Shown: in pieces, positions 52,499 through 64,000 of the stretch
Numbering within the stretch: position 1 is the first letter of the stretch
Layout of the letters: every line of letters starts with the position of its first letter
Source: Leucoraja ocellata
Taxonomy: Eukaryota
Length of the DNA stretch: 64,000 nucleotides
Assembly (NCBI GenBank): GCA_036785375.1
Contig: JAWMAR010000243.1
Coordinates: forward strand, 2,666,001-2,730,000
Direction: 5' to 3'
Position numbers and translations under genes: made by a program
The notes under the pieces: model-generated
What the model saw: the letters and a program-made list of their open reading frames with translations, nothing else
Databases searched by the model: none
Told to the model about the DNA's origin: nothing

Positions 52499-53167
52499 AC
52501 CTCTCTACAAGTGCCGACTGCCAGTTTTTGAGTTACTGAACCCGACCATGATGCAATCAGACTGGTTGCTCTTCAGCATATAGCTGTAGAAGTTTGGTGG
52601 GCAGAGTAGGTTAGTGGCACTTCTAACTTTGTAAGCGCTTCCTTTGAAGTTGCAGATATTGATGTGGACTTTTCAGAACTTTATGGTATGACTGCTTTTG
52701 GAATAGGTTTTAATGATTTTAATACGAGCTGTAAGATAGATTTGCTGTCGTTGCTGATTGCCAGCCATGAGGATCCTGTAAAGGCTTTGGTGGACAAAAG
52801 AATGAACGTTAGATTGATACCTTGAAATCTTGCTTGATTTACATTTTTGGGGAGCAGCTAGAAACGGCTACAGCATGTGTAAATTGTATATGATATGTAA
52901 TGTGAACAGACTTGATAAAACAACTTAACTTGCTGCATTCTTTTTCATGTTTCAATATTATACTGATTAAATACAGGATTTATGGTACTGCAGTTTACAT
53001 ATCCTGGCAGTGCATTTTCAGATGGCTCCCTTATGAACCATGTTCATTGTAACCTTACCATCTTAATTCGGTACAGAGTTATATCACGTTTAAAGTGAGT
53101 GATCATCTCCTATTGACGTTACTTGTTCTTTTCTCTTTCTTCCTTTTCTCTCCAATTTTGCGTGAAG

Positions 53168-53182
53168 CTTTCTCTCAAACTG
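53168..53182 (+). CDS. FNBP1: FNBP1 15-nt microexon (~exon 11), LSLKL
   Basis: Long pyrimidine tract, ttttgcgtgaAG|CTTTCTCTCAAACTG|GTAAGC; human FNBP1 reads ...SLKRG-LSLKL-GATPEDF; lies between the two flanking exons, in frame. Confidence 0.93.
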
Positions 53183-56076
53183 GTAAGCAATGTGGCATTT
53201 GTGTGTCTGTTCCACTCGTAATGTGATTTACCGACCACGATAACCACTTGTGAAATTAATTGTGAATAATTATTTTTGACTGTCTTTGTCCTTGTTTGTT
53301 TTGTCAGAAAATGTTGAATACACAAGTCTGGAATTTTATTGAGGTGAACACTGGCATCATTGTTTTAATCAATTTTTTAATGAATTAACACACTTGCACA
53401 ATTATGGTCTTGCATCCAACTTCTAAAACCAGTTATAATTATGAATGTGAAATCCAATACAAATCCTTTGCACTATGTCACTAACTCAAAGCTGCAAATA
53501 TCAATTGCTATAGAGACAGTTGTGTTCCTATGTGCACCCGGGTTCCCACCACCCCCCTCCTCTCCCATGGTGAATCAAGTGAATGTGTGTGAGCCTTCTA
53601 TAATCTGTGAACTATTTATAACCCTTGGATGGATTTAACACATAGATGATGGGCATTCTTGATGTTCTTGACTTCATTTAACATCTCACTCCTAATAACT
53701 TGAGCAATACCGAGAAGTTGTAAATGATCCTGCTACTACACGCCCATAATAAGAAGTAATTAATAGCAGGTTGTTACTCACATCTACAAGTTAGTGACAA
53801 GATGCAAGGAGTTTGTAATGGATTCGCAGTGTAAGGGTCATGCTGAAACAAACTGAAAATCTCATCAAAACTGGCATTCCAATGTGTTGTAGTCCCGATG
53901 GGAATCAAATTGGAACTTTACTCTCTCCTCTCTCTTAAGATCTAAGACCAATCTTTGTTGTTGCATGTAAATGTGCTAATTTCTAAGAGATGGCTGCATA
54001 GAAACTATAACTTGTAACAATTTCCCAATGTTAGTGCAATGCTCCTGATTCCCACTGGAACCTATAGATTGAACAAATATTTGGAGCCTGGTTTAGGTTT
54101 ATTATTGTCACGTTTACCAACGTATTGTGAATTTTTTTCCTTTTGCATGCTATCCATTCAGATCAGATAATACTGTTTCTAAATACGATCAAATCAAACT
54201 TAAGTACAATAGATAGAACAAAGGAGAAGATAAAGAGAGCACAATATAGTTCTCAGCATTGTAGCACATCAGTTCCATTGACAAAGTCCGATGTTTTCAA
54301 TGGGATAGATATGAATAGGACAATATCCTGGCTTATGGAAGGACTTTTCAGAAGCCTGAAAACAGAGGGGAAGAAGTTGTTTCTGGTGGTGCATGCCCAA
54401 TGGGAGCAGGGAGAAGAAGGAATGTTGGTTCAAATGTTAACCAGGGAATTATTTACAGATTGGATGGAATTTTAGTGATAAATATTCAAAATAACCTCTC
54501 CATCACATGCTAGAGAATTACTAAAGAAACACACTAATTCTCATTAATCCTTGTATATTCCATTAAACACAGTGTACTCCTGTGGGCTACGTTGTGTGTT
54601 AAACCAGCAATTGTAAAGCGCATTATAGAGAAATTGAACACTAATTTGAGATTATTATAGAACTTAACTGGTTCATTATATTTAATTTGCTGAGTTGGAA
54701 TTTGGCTGTCACCAGCATCCATTGTTCCAGTTGAAAACTCTTTTCTAAATATTTTAAATTGTCAGTACATTAGATTTACATGCCAGAATTTAGACTCTAT
54801 ACAAAATGTGAAATTGATGCAATTTTTTTTTTTTTTTCGGTTTTGTGGATATAGTTAGTGAAATTTATTATAAAATAATGGGGTTTTTTTGCTTGATCTT
54901 TTAATTTTTATATACCCACTTGGTCACACAGGAAAGCTAAAATTTACCTGAAAAGGCATTGTGGCATTTAACGATCATTCACGATGGCATGAGTACTTTT
55001 ATAAATTATCTGTTCCATTAGCCTTTAGAAACATAGAAAATAGGTGCAGGAGGAGGCCATTCGGCCTTTCGAGCCAGCACCGCCATTCATTGTGATCATG
55101 GCTGATCGTCCCCTATCAATAACCCGTGCCTGCCTTCTCCCCATATCCCTTGACTCCACTAGCCCCTAGAGCTCTATCTAACTCTCTCTTAAATTTACTA
55201 TTCTTTACTATTTAAAGCACTGAAATGCAAGCTAAAAATGGTGAAAAAATACGACTATGTGTATGGAATCTTCAACTTCTGATTTAACCGTTAAATTAGA
55301 AAGTTTGCATTGACAATACAAATGAAAAGGATAGGTTTAGGAGGATCTGGATGAAATGCAGGCTAATGGAACTTGTGCAGAGAGACATTTTGGCCAGCAT
55401 GAGTTATTTGGGCCAAAGGGTCTGATTCTATGCTGTATGACAATATATGACTCTAAAAAGGGATACTTATATTTACAAAACTCCTTTTGTGAGTTTGAGA
55501 CATTGTTCATAGCAAACTCATAAAGACAGAATGTGATAGTGAGCAAAAAATTAAATTTACGTTATTTGACAAAAAATATTAATCAGAACAGCATCTTGTA
55601 GACATCTTGTGCATCAACACAGTATGCTTTGCTTCATGGTTTTAATAACTCAGAGTGAGGCACAGGGGTAAGTGTGTCTAATTGTCATTTGTATGACAGC
55701 AGTGACATTCATATTTACTGCAGTTTACAAACCCTTTAATGCAATAACGCACAAATAAATATACAATCAATAACACAATATTAATTAATAACCATAACAC
55801 TAGGTAACCATAATAGAACAATAACAAAGCCCATAGTGTGTGTAAATAAATGTACAATAATCAATAATGCTACATTAATTAATAACCATAATACTAGGTA
55901 ATCATGATAAAGGAAAACCAAAGCCCATAGTGCAACCAGAGACACGGTCTATAAAAGATCATAGAGGTTAGTGATCGAGACCCCTGCTGGGAAGGTGGTG
56001 TTCTTGAATCTGAAGGACATGATTTTCAAGGTGAGATCAAAGATTATAAACTTTGGGTGAGATAGAGTCATTTTTA

Positions 56077-56268
56077 AGGGCCTGTCCCACTTAGGTGACT
56101 CTTTCGGCGACTGCCAGGGGCTACTATTAATGGAATTCACCTACAACGCCTGCGACACCACTTACGACAACACCTACGCCACTGTCGGCGAAAGATTTTC
56201 AACATGTTGAAAATTTTGTGGCAGTCGCATGTCGTCGCCCAAAAAGTCACCTAAGTGGTGCAGGCCCA
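56077..56268. mobile_element. PIF/Harbinger-type MITE
   Basis: TIR AGGGCCTGTCCCACTTAGGTGACT / AGTCACCTAAGTGGTGCAGGCCCA, TTA TSD on both sides. Confidence 0.82.
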
Positions 56269-57057
56269 TTACTTTTCTCTCAGGGTGGGCCTCCTCATAG
56301 GTGATACAAAGAAACAAGAGGAACAGGGGAAAAAAAGTGTCAAGTCTCGTGCATCCTGAGCCTCTACATTCTTCAGCCTGTTAATGAAACTAATACTTTT
56401 GAAGAGGCTGAGTCACTTGCACAGAGGAGACGTGACAGCAAGATTAGAAACACCTGCTGGTCTTGTTTTATTAACTCAATTTGCACTGTTTTACAATGCC
56501 TTACTTAATTCACTCTACCAAATGTTGGAAAAAATCAGAACCAGTGCTTCTGTAATAATGCAGACGTTTTAAATAGTTTGATTCATCTTTTGTTAGTGGA
56601 CACATTTTTTTGAAAATGCTTGGTATTTTTCCCGCACTGGCTTAGGTTGCCTAAAATTAACCACTGTTATTTTTGTGTGAGCAAGTAAAGCTAATCGGTC
56701 ATGAATGCTATTTTTGCTGTTCTTGTCACTCACTGTCTGGGAGTTTGTCATTCTTTAAAGGAATGGCATTAATTTTTCATTTCATCCTTTCCGGTTAAAG
56801 CAGTGGAGAGGTATATTTAGGGTCTGCAGTGAGATGTGTGCGGGACGAGACACGCTAATTTTCCCCAATAAACAGTCTCCACTTGTTTTGGTCTCCCCTG
56901 CGGTATTGAGGCATTCATTTTGCCACTATAAGATGCCTACTGTTTCAACCACTTCCAATTCAGTGGTGCAGGTTTTGTAATAACACATATTTTTCAGTCT
57001 TGAGCACTTGGGGCACACGATGTAAACTCCGACTGGATCACCAGTGCTTTCTGCATT

Positions 57058-57260
57058 TTCACATCCACCCCCTGCACACCAGGGACAATTTACGGAGGAC
57101 AATTAACCTACAAAACCCGCAGGCCTTTCGAGATGTTGGAGGAAACAGAAGCACCCGGTGGAAACCCAGGCACAGGGAGAACCTACAAACTCCGCATAGA
57201 CAGCACCTGAGTTCGAGATCGAACATGGGTCTCTGGCGCTGTGAGATCAGCTGTGCCACC
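57058..57260 (-). mobile_element. tRNA-derived V-SINE (HE1-like), minus strand
   Basis: Reverse complement of SINE head (gttcgatc B box) and V domain. Confidence 0.78.
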
Positions 57261-57778
57261 CTTGAGTTTATGCAGCAACTTCTGGGTATAACACGTGCAT
57301 GTGCACGTACATATGTGACATGCGCACATGAGTGTTCACATGCAAAGTGGATTCTTTTGAGGCATTATTTAATAAAACTATTTTCTCATAAACATTAAAA
57401 TATGCGGGAGTCAGGTCATTGAAGCAAAGACATGTAAAGTTTTTTTTTATTGAAAATGTGATTTAAGTAACAAATTAAAGCTCCAGGAAAGATGTCCTTA
57501 AGTTGCAAATTGGACAAGGTGAGTTAAAGGCCCTATTTCTGCACTGTAGAGTTTTATGACTCTATGACTTTAAATTAGAGCTGTTTTAAATTAAGACTTT
57601 AAATTCAAACTTTAAATTAAATTCAGGTCACCAGGCTAAGTAATATGGGTTTGAGAAAGTGAAATGCGCTGAATGGGGAAAGTGATTTTTTTTTTCAATC
57701 ACTGGCCTCTGATTTAAATTGTGACCTAAGGTGTAAATCCACTTGTGATATTGACATATCTAATCATGGCTTGGACAG

Positions 57779-57888
57779 GGCTCGGTACCAGAAGACTTCA
57801 GTCATTTGCCACCAGAACAACGGAGAAAGAAACTTCAACAGAAAATTGATGAAATCAACAAAGAAATCCAGAAGGAGTCTGATGAAAG
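57779..57888 (+). CDS. FNBP1: FNBP1 coding exon (~exon 12), HR1 domain start, [36 protein letters not shown](R)
   Basis: gacAG acceptor, GTAAAA donor, 110 nt, phase 0/2; [18 protein letters not shown] HR1 motif; absent from the ORF track. Confidence 0.96.
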
Positions 57889-58790
57889 GTAAAAGACTGT
57901 TCATTATTCTCTTTGGGTTTTTGTCACCACAGTGAATTCACGAGATTGCTGTACAAAGCATTTTAAGCAATGGTATTACTAAGTGTTTTTGCAACCGCCT
58001 TTTTCATAGTAAGCATTGCTAGTTATCTGTTGACATAAACATGAGACATCTTTGATTGTGCCGCTGAAATGTTTAATGTTTTAATGTAGGCGTGGCTGGC
58101 AAGACCATTTGTTGCCTAATATCACTAATTGTTCTACTGAGAATGGCGGTGAGTCCGTGCCATGAACAGCCCTTGTGATGAGTAGGAGTCCACAATGCTG
58201 AGAGCAATATGGAAGGAATAGTGATTTTTTTACAAGTCAAGACTGTGTCACTTTAGGAGACTGATCATCCAATTTAGACCGTTTCTCTGTTCTTGATTCA
58301 AGCTTGTTCACTGTGAAAACCTTGACTGGTTTGTCTCAGTGGATTTCTGTTGTGCAATTTGCAGCCATCATGCGCCGTGGGTAGAGGGATTTGTTGCTCA
58401 GTGTACTGGGGGGAGGTGCCAATAAAGCAGGCTGTCTTGTCCTGAATGGTATCCAACTATCATTCATCTGGGCAAGTGTTGAGTATTTCAACACACCACT
58501 GACGTGCCTGGTAAACTAGGGGAAGGTTTTTGGAAATCATGAGGTGAGTCACTTTAGCTTTAGGTTTTATTATTGTGACATGTATTGAGACAGTGAAAAG
58601 CTTTGTCGAACATGATGCCAAATTAATCCATACCCCTTCCTTGTATGTGAATACTTGGCCAATAAACTTATTCATTTGTTCAATCAATTGTCAGATCTTC
58701 AAACTCAATCAAGTTAGTAAAACATGACCTGCTGCGTACAAAGACGTGCCAGCTATCCCTATTCAGCCCATTTTTGAAATGGGAGTAAAT

Positions 58791-59336
58791 TCTATATAAT
58801 TAAAAGTCTAATGTTCCCGTTTGCGCTAGAAACAAATGCTACCACGTACCACTGTCATTTTTTGGCCATCTTACTCAGTCTCCCTCCGCTCATCAGGTGC
58901 CGAGTATTTTTCCCATCGATGGAAAAATAAAAGAGTTATTAGTGTTTAAAAAATGTTGAGATTCTCTCTCCTGTCAATCATGCCATGAAGGCCACGTCCC
59001 TTCTGGTGGGAGGGACTATAAAACCCAGAAGTGTGGGCGTGGCTCAGTCTCTGCAATTTGGAGGAGGGAGAGGTCACGACTCGCTGTCTTTAGTGGCCTT
59101 GCACCCTGCTTCAAATGGTATGAAACTGCACTTGAATTTGGTGGCCTTGCACCCTGCTTGAAATGAAATTTCAAGGAATAGCCGTGTCAACTGCCAGCCC
59201 ACCAGCCATGGGTGAGTGAGCTGCCCCCCATCCCCACTGGCCACCAATATTGGAATTGGTGGAGAGGTGGAATATTGCGTTGGGGAACCAGCCCTCCCGT
59301 GTGATGCTGGGACCCAACGGGTCCCACTTAGTCTAG
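58791..59336 (+). mobile_element. Non-autonomous Helitron (546 bp)
   Basis: 5' TC, 3' CTAG|T, 8-bp-stem hairpin TGGGACCC-AAC-GGGTCCCA at 59308-59326, no TSD, splits a CR1 fragment. Confidence 0.8.
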
Positions 59337-59337
59337 T

Positions 59338-59880
59338 ATCCTTCTGTAATCTGTCTACATATCTGATCCTCTATTTCCCACTGGTTATTGAATGGCCTGT
59401 AATATTATTCCATTCGTGTGATTGCTCCTTTCTTATTTTTGAGCTCAACCTGTAATGCCTCAGTAGATGTGCCCTCCAGCATGCCCTGTCTGAGTACCGC
59501 CATGACATCTCCCTGATTAGTAAAACAACACATCCACCTCTTTTACCTCTCACTCTGTCACCTCTGAAACATCGAAAACCTGGCAAGTTGAGCTGCCAGT
59601 CGTGTCCCTCTCACAGTCAAGTTTCCGTAATGGCCACAATAACATTATTCCAATCACTGATTCAGGCTCTCAGTTCATCAGCTTTACCCACAGTACTCCT
59701 TGCATTGAAGTAAACACACTTCAGCCCTTCATTATCCCCATATTCATGAACCACTCACTGCATGTCCTTCCTTTGAGATTTAATTGTCATAACCTCCACT
59801 TTCTCAACAGCCCTTCCCTTTGCTGACCTGCAGCTCTGGTTCTCACCCTCTTGCCATTCCAGTTTAAACTCTTCCGAGAG
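59338..59880 (-). mobile_element. CR1 ORF2 apurinic-endonuclease-region remnant
   Basis: Minus strand VAITET and PGFRCFRGDRVRGKRGGCVVLLIRE match CR1 EN motifs. Confidence 0.8.
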
Positions 59881-60144
59881 CAGTTCAGAAACAGAGCATG
59901 AGGACACTAGGACACAAATCTGCTGAATGTTTTATTTGCAAAATTAATGATCTTTTCATGTTTTATTTTCCTTAGAGGGTGACGAGTGCCTGGAATGTGC
60001 TGTCTGGGGTGGTCGTGGAGGCAGAATAAGAGACTTTTGGATAGGTGGAGGGATATGGATTATGTGCAGGTTGATAAGAGTTGGTTTTGGCTTCATGTTC
60101 GGCACAGACAGTGTGGGCTGTTGGGCCTGTTCCTGTGCTAAAGA

Positions 60145-60620
60145 TATACACAAAATGCTGGAGTAACTCAGCAGGACAGACAGCATCTCTGGAGAGAAGA
60201 AATGGGTGGTGAGCCCCTTCTTCAGACTGAGAGTCAGGGGAGAGGGAGTCTAAAGATATGGAGGGGTAAGGTGTGAAAATGAAAGATCAAAGCAGACGAT
60301 GTTAAGGGGAAATTTAGAATGGTTCATTGTTAGCTGAGAGGAAAGTGATAATCTGTAAATGTAATCAGAAGGACAGTGAAACTAGTTGGAGGACTTGGGT
60401 GTGGGAGGGATGGTGAAAGAGGGAATCCACACTTTACTTGAAATTGAAAATTCACAGCGCTGGGCTGTAAGCTCCCCAAGCCAAATACGAGGTGCTGTTC
60501 CTCCAATTTGTGTTGGGCCACACTGTGACACCGGAGGAGGCCCAGGCCAGAAAGGTCAGTGTGGGAATGGGAGGGGGAGTTAAAGTGTTGAGCAACCGGG
60601 AGACCCCTATCACCAGCATC
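60145..60620 (-). mobile_element. Penelope-like element fragment
   Basis: ORF 60330..60698 includes [40 protein letters not shown]; terminal repeat 60145-60230. Confidence 0.8.
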
Positions 60621-60732
60621 CTTCCCGCGCACTGTTCCTGGTCTGTACTGTTCCATGTTCCATTTTAATAAGAGGACAACCAGTATACTGCAATACATTG
60701 GTACACAAATTGTATTTATTTGTACTTTGTAG

Positions 60733-60865
60733 AGATGGCTTGACGAAGATGAAAGATGTCTACGTTAAGAACCCTCAGATGGGTGACCCCAGCAGTGTGG
60801 CTCCCAGGCTTGCAGAAATCGGGCAGACGATCGAGAAATTACGACAAGAGAGTCAGAAATTTGAG
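60733..60865 (+). CDS. FNBP1: FNBP1 coding exon (~exon 13), HR1 domain, (R)[44 protein letters not shown]
   Basis: tttgtAG acceptor, GTAATG donor, 133 nt, phase 2/0 compatible with previous exon; [15 protein letters not shown] contains the Cdc42-binding MGD motif. Confidence 0.97.
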
Positions 60866-63800
60866 GTAATGTTTGACTCAAAGTCCAATTCTCTTACCCC
60901 CCCCACCGCAGTATGCAGTTGCCATTCAAGCTAACCCTATCTCTTCCATCTTACAGATTAATTAATGATGTAGCACTCACTATGTGTTTACATGGCAACA
61001 TGAAGATTAAACATAGAAACATAGAAAATAGGTACAGGAGTAGGCCATTCAGCCCTTCGAGCCAGCACTGCCATTCAATATGATCATGGCTGAGCATCCA
61101 GAATCAGTAACCCTTCCTGTTTTCTCCCCATATCCATTGATTCTATTAGCCCTAAGAGCTCAGAGGTCTCTCTTGATTAATAATCTGACCACATTTTGAC
61201 AGCTGGTTTTCCATCTACCTGTGTTAGTGTTCCTTCTATGTAATCCATGCCAAACCAAGTTGCATTATTGGGCTAATCCCTTTTGCCTACATTTGGCTAA
61301 TAGCCCTCTAAACCCTTCCTATCCATATATCTGTCAAATGTCTTTTAAAAGTCATAATTGCCCTTAAGCTTATGCCCTCGGTTTTCGAATCTTCTACCTC
61401 GAGTGGAAAAAAGACTGGCATAATATTGGCTAACATGTTAAACCTTAACATTTTTAAAGAATTCTTTTCAGTTACAGTGGGCCAAATAGCCACCACCTAT
61501 GTTATTTAATACTGCGATTTAAATAATTTAAACATTATCTGCATCAATTGAGCTTCTGCCTTGATAGAGTTGGCAATAGCCAATCTTTTCATGCTAAATT
61601 GATTTGCTCTTTAGGCCAACCACTGGCACAATACATTAAAGGTTGTGGGTGCTTTAATGAACTTTCAACATGGTAATCCTTTGATTTAAAACTTTGAGTT
61701 CTATAACACAATAGAAAAGGTAAAATTATTATTTGACTAAGGCATGCATGACTTTGATTTCTAGTTTCTCTCCTTCTGATTCACTATTCAGTTCAAGTAG
61801 CCAATATTTTTGGATGATTCATAGGACGGTTCACAGTCATTCATTATGCATTCTGCAGATGTACAAACAGCAGTATTCTTCAGGAAGCAAACATCTTTGT
61901 AGATTTCTTAGCTTGGTGTACAGAGACCAACTGCGGTCAAGAGTGTTTAATGGAATATGTACAACAGAAAAATGAAATGTTTACTTCTTGCAGCTGAACA
62001 AGCCTGTACATGCAACAACACTGATGATATATAAAAGCAAATGATCCATTTATTAATTGTAATACTTGGAAACCAGGCTATAGTAGAGCAAAACAGAAGC
62101 ATGTAATGCAACTAGAGGCACTGTCCACAGGTGATCATAGTTGCTGAAGACTGAGCAACACAAGGAACTGCAGGTGCTGGAACCTTGCAGCACAAAGTGC
62201 CGGAGTAACTTAGTGGGTCAGGCCGCATTTTTGGAGGTCATGGGTGCCAAGGTTACTGTAGTTTAGTGTTGAAGAGCCTGATAGTTGCTGTGAAAAACCT
62301 GTTCTTGAATTTGGAGTCATGGTTTTCAGTCTTTTGTACCTTCTTCTCAAAGGCATTAGCGAGATGAGAATGTAACCAGGGTCTTTGGTATTAGCTGTGG
62401 TTTTGAGGCAGTGCCCCTTCAATGGTGGGGAGGTCAGTCCCTCTGATGGACTGGGTGGTGTCTACCCCTCTCTAGTCCCCTTACAATAATGACTCCGATT
62501 AACTGTTGCTGCACAACCAGGAATGGAATTTGAAATCTTACAAGTCTGCATGTCACAATACCAAACCTACAGGCCACAGGCATTTCTGTGGACTCATTAG
62601 TGATAGTGACACATCTTTGCTCAGGATTGAAATTAACATTTAGACATGAAGAGAAATACCATGTCTGCTTTAGAATTAAACTAAAAGTGTTGAATATCAG
62701 GAAGCATTTATTTTTCCCTAAAGAAGAATGTTTATTTTAATCAAGATTGGAGGCCTGCAAGTATACAAATTGTGTTGCATTCACTAAGGCTTTGCTAACA
62801 ATTTTGATGAAATGAAAGACAACAAATATTTAAATCCCTTGACTACTAAGTGGTTAGATAATTAGTTTATGTGAGGATACTGAACCGTGACTATATCCAA
62901 TTTACTATGTTTATTACTGCTGAACTCGTCAGAAAATAAACCACATAATGAATAAACTGTCATATTGTCAGTTTGATAAGTAACAAATATTTACAGTTCT
63001 TTTTCTGCAGAGCTAAAATGGCCAGTGAAATTTAAGTGATGTTTCTCTGAGGCAGATATTTTTTGCAATTGATACCAACGTATCACTAAGTGACAGGAAC
63101 CAGAAGCACTACGTTCCAGGAACACATTGATCTCATCCTATTTCTGTGCTAATTTAGCTGGTCTTGGCCAAAGCAGTACATTGGATATTACAGGTGACTC
63201 GACACAAGAGTATGTGCATGTCCATTTTCTTGAGAACAGGTGCAGGTTTATCTGTTACACACTCTATAAAGTCAAAATACCTGAGAACATACCGTTTAAG
63301 GTAACATAGGAACGTGTGCTGAGTTAAGTAATGGAAGTGCCTTACCCAAAATGAGTCAAACTAGATGGTTCGAAAATCGAGATGCATGTTTATAAAAGTA
63401 CATGTTGAGGCAAGGTGCAAGGAAGAGGGTCTTGACCCGACACGTCACCTATTCCTTTACTCCAGAGATGCTGTCTTACCCGCTGAGTTACTCCAGCTTT
63501 TTGTGTTTATCATCACATGGAATAACAATGCAGGTTTGTCTCCAGGGTCTTGATAGCACTGATGAAAGGTGACAGAGGAATAAAACGATAGGTTCCCGAA
63601 ATAAATAGATATACAATATGGCCCCAAATGTGGTAGCTAGAGAGTCTGATTAGTTTACAGTTACATTGTGGATACCAACTGTTGGATAAATATTTACAGA
63701 AAGATAGCAATGCGAGTTGCATGAAGGAGAGTTGATCTCTGGGTTATGCCATTATCCAGTATTATTATGCCCTCTGGTGACTATAGACCACAATCAAGAT

Positions 63801-64000
63801 GATCATGTGTGAAATTAAAAGAACATAAAACATTTGAACTAAGGCATACTCCTGTTTTTGAGCTTTCTCAGTCATTCATCAAGATCTTGCTTCACCCTCC
63901 CTCCCCAGCCACACATCTTTCTTGCATTTAACTGGAAAACACTAGTCATTTAGCATGGAAACAGGCCCTTCAATATAGTTCATCCAGGCTGACCAAGACA

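Noticed and set aside
60866-64000. Next FNBP1 exon (AWLAEVE-type)
   Set aside because: No matching frame seen; the AG at ~63010 is not followed by FNBP1-like coding sequence.

Overview
Eukaryotic, AT-rich, repeat-dense vertebrate DNA; the repeat content (HE1/V-SINE-like SINEs, HER1/CR1-like LINE ends, abundant Penelope-like fragments) points to a cartilaginous fish, probably a skate or ray (inference). The whole window lies inside one + strand gene, FNBP1 (formin-binding protein 1/FBP17, CIP4-family F-BAR protein). Nine GT-AG coding exons join into one open frame of 1080 nt (360 aa): distal F-BAR domain, proline-rich cassette exon, a 15-nt LSLKL microexon missed by the ORF track, and the HR1 domain. 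By recalled human structure these are exons 5-13; the start and SH3 exons lie outside the window. Introns hold a Vingi-like LINE with a 9-bp TSD, LTR elements, Harbinger and hAT MITEs, two Helitron derivatives and Penelope-like fragments with hammerhead-like cores and long hairpins. The best unexplained signals are a compact CpG-preserved, promoter-motif-rich element in intron 6 (~17.6 kb), a candidate unannotated exon at 19349-19430, and a near-perfect 126-bp dispersed direct repeat at ~36 kb. No wholly new biological system can be demonstrated from sequence alone.
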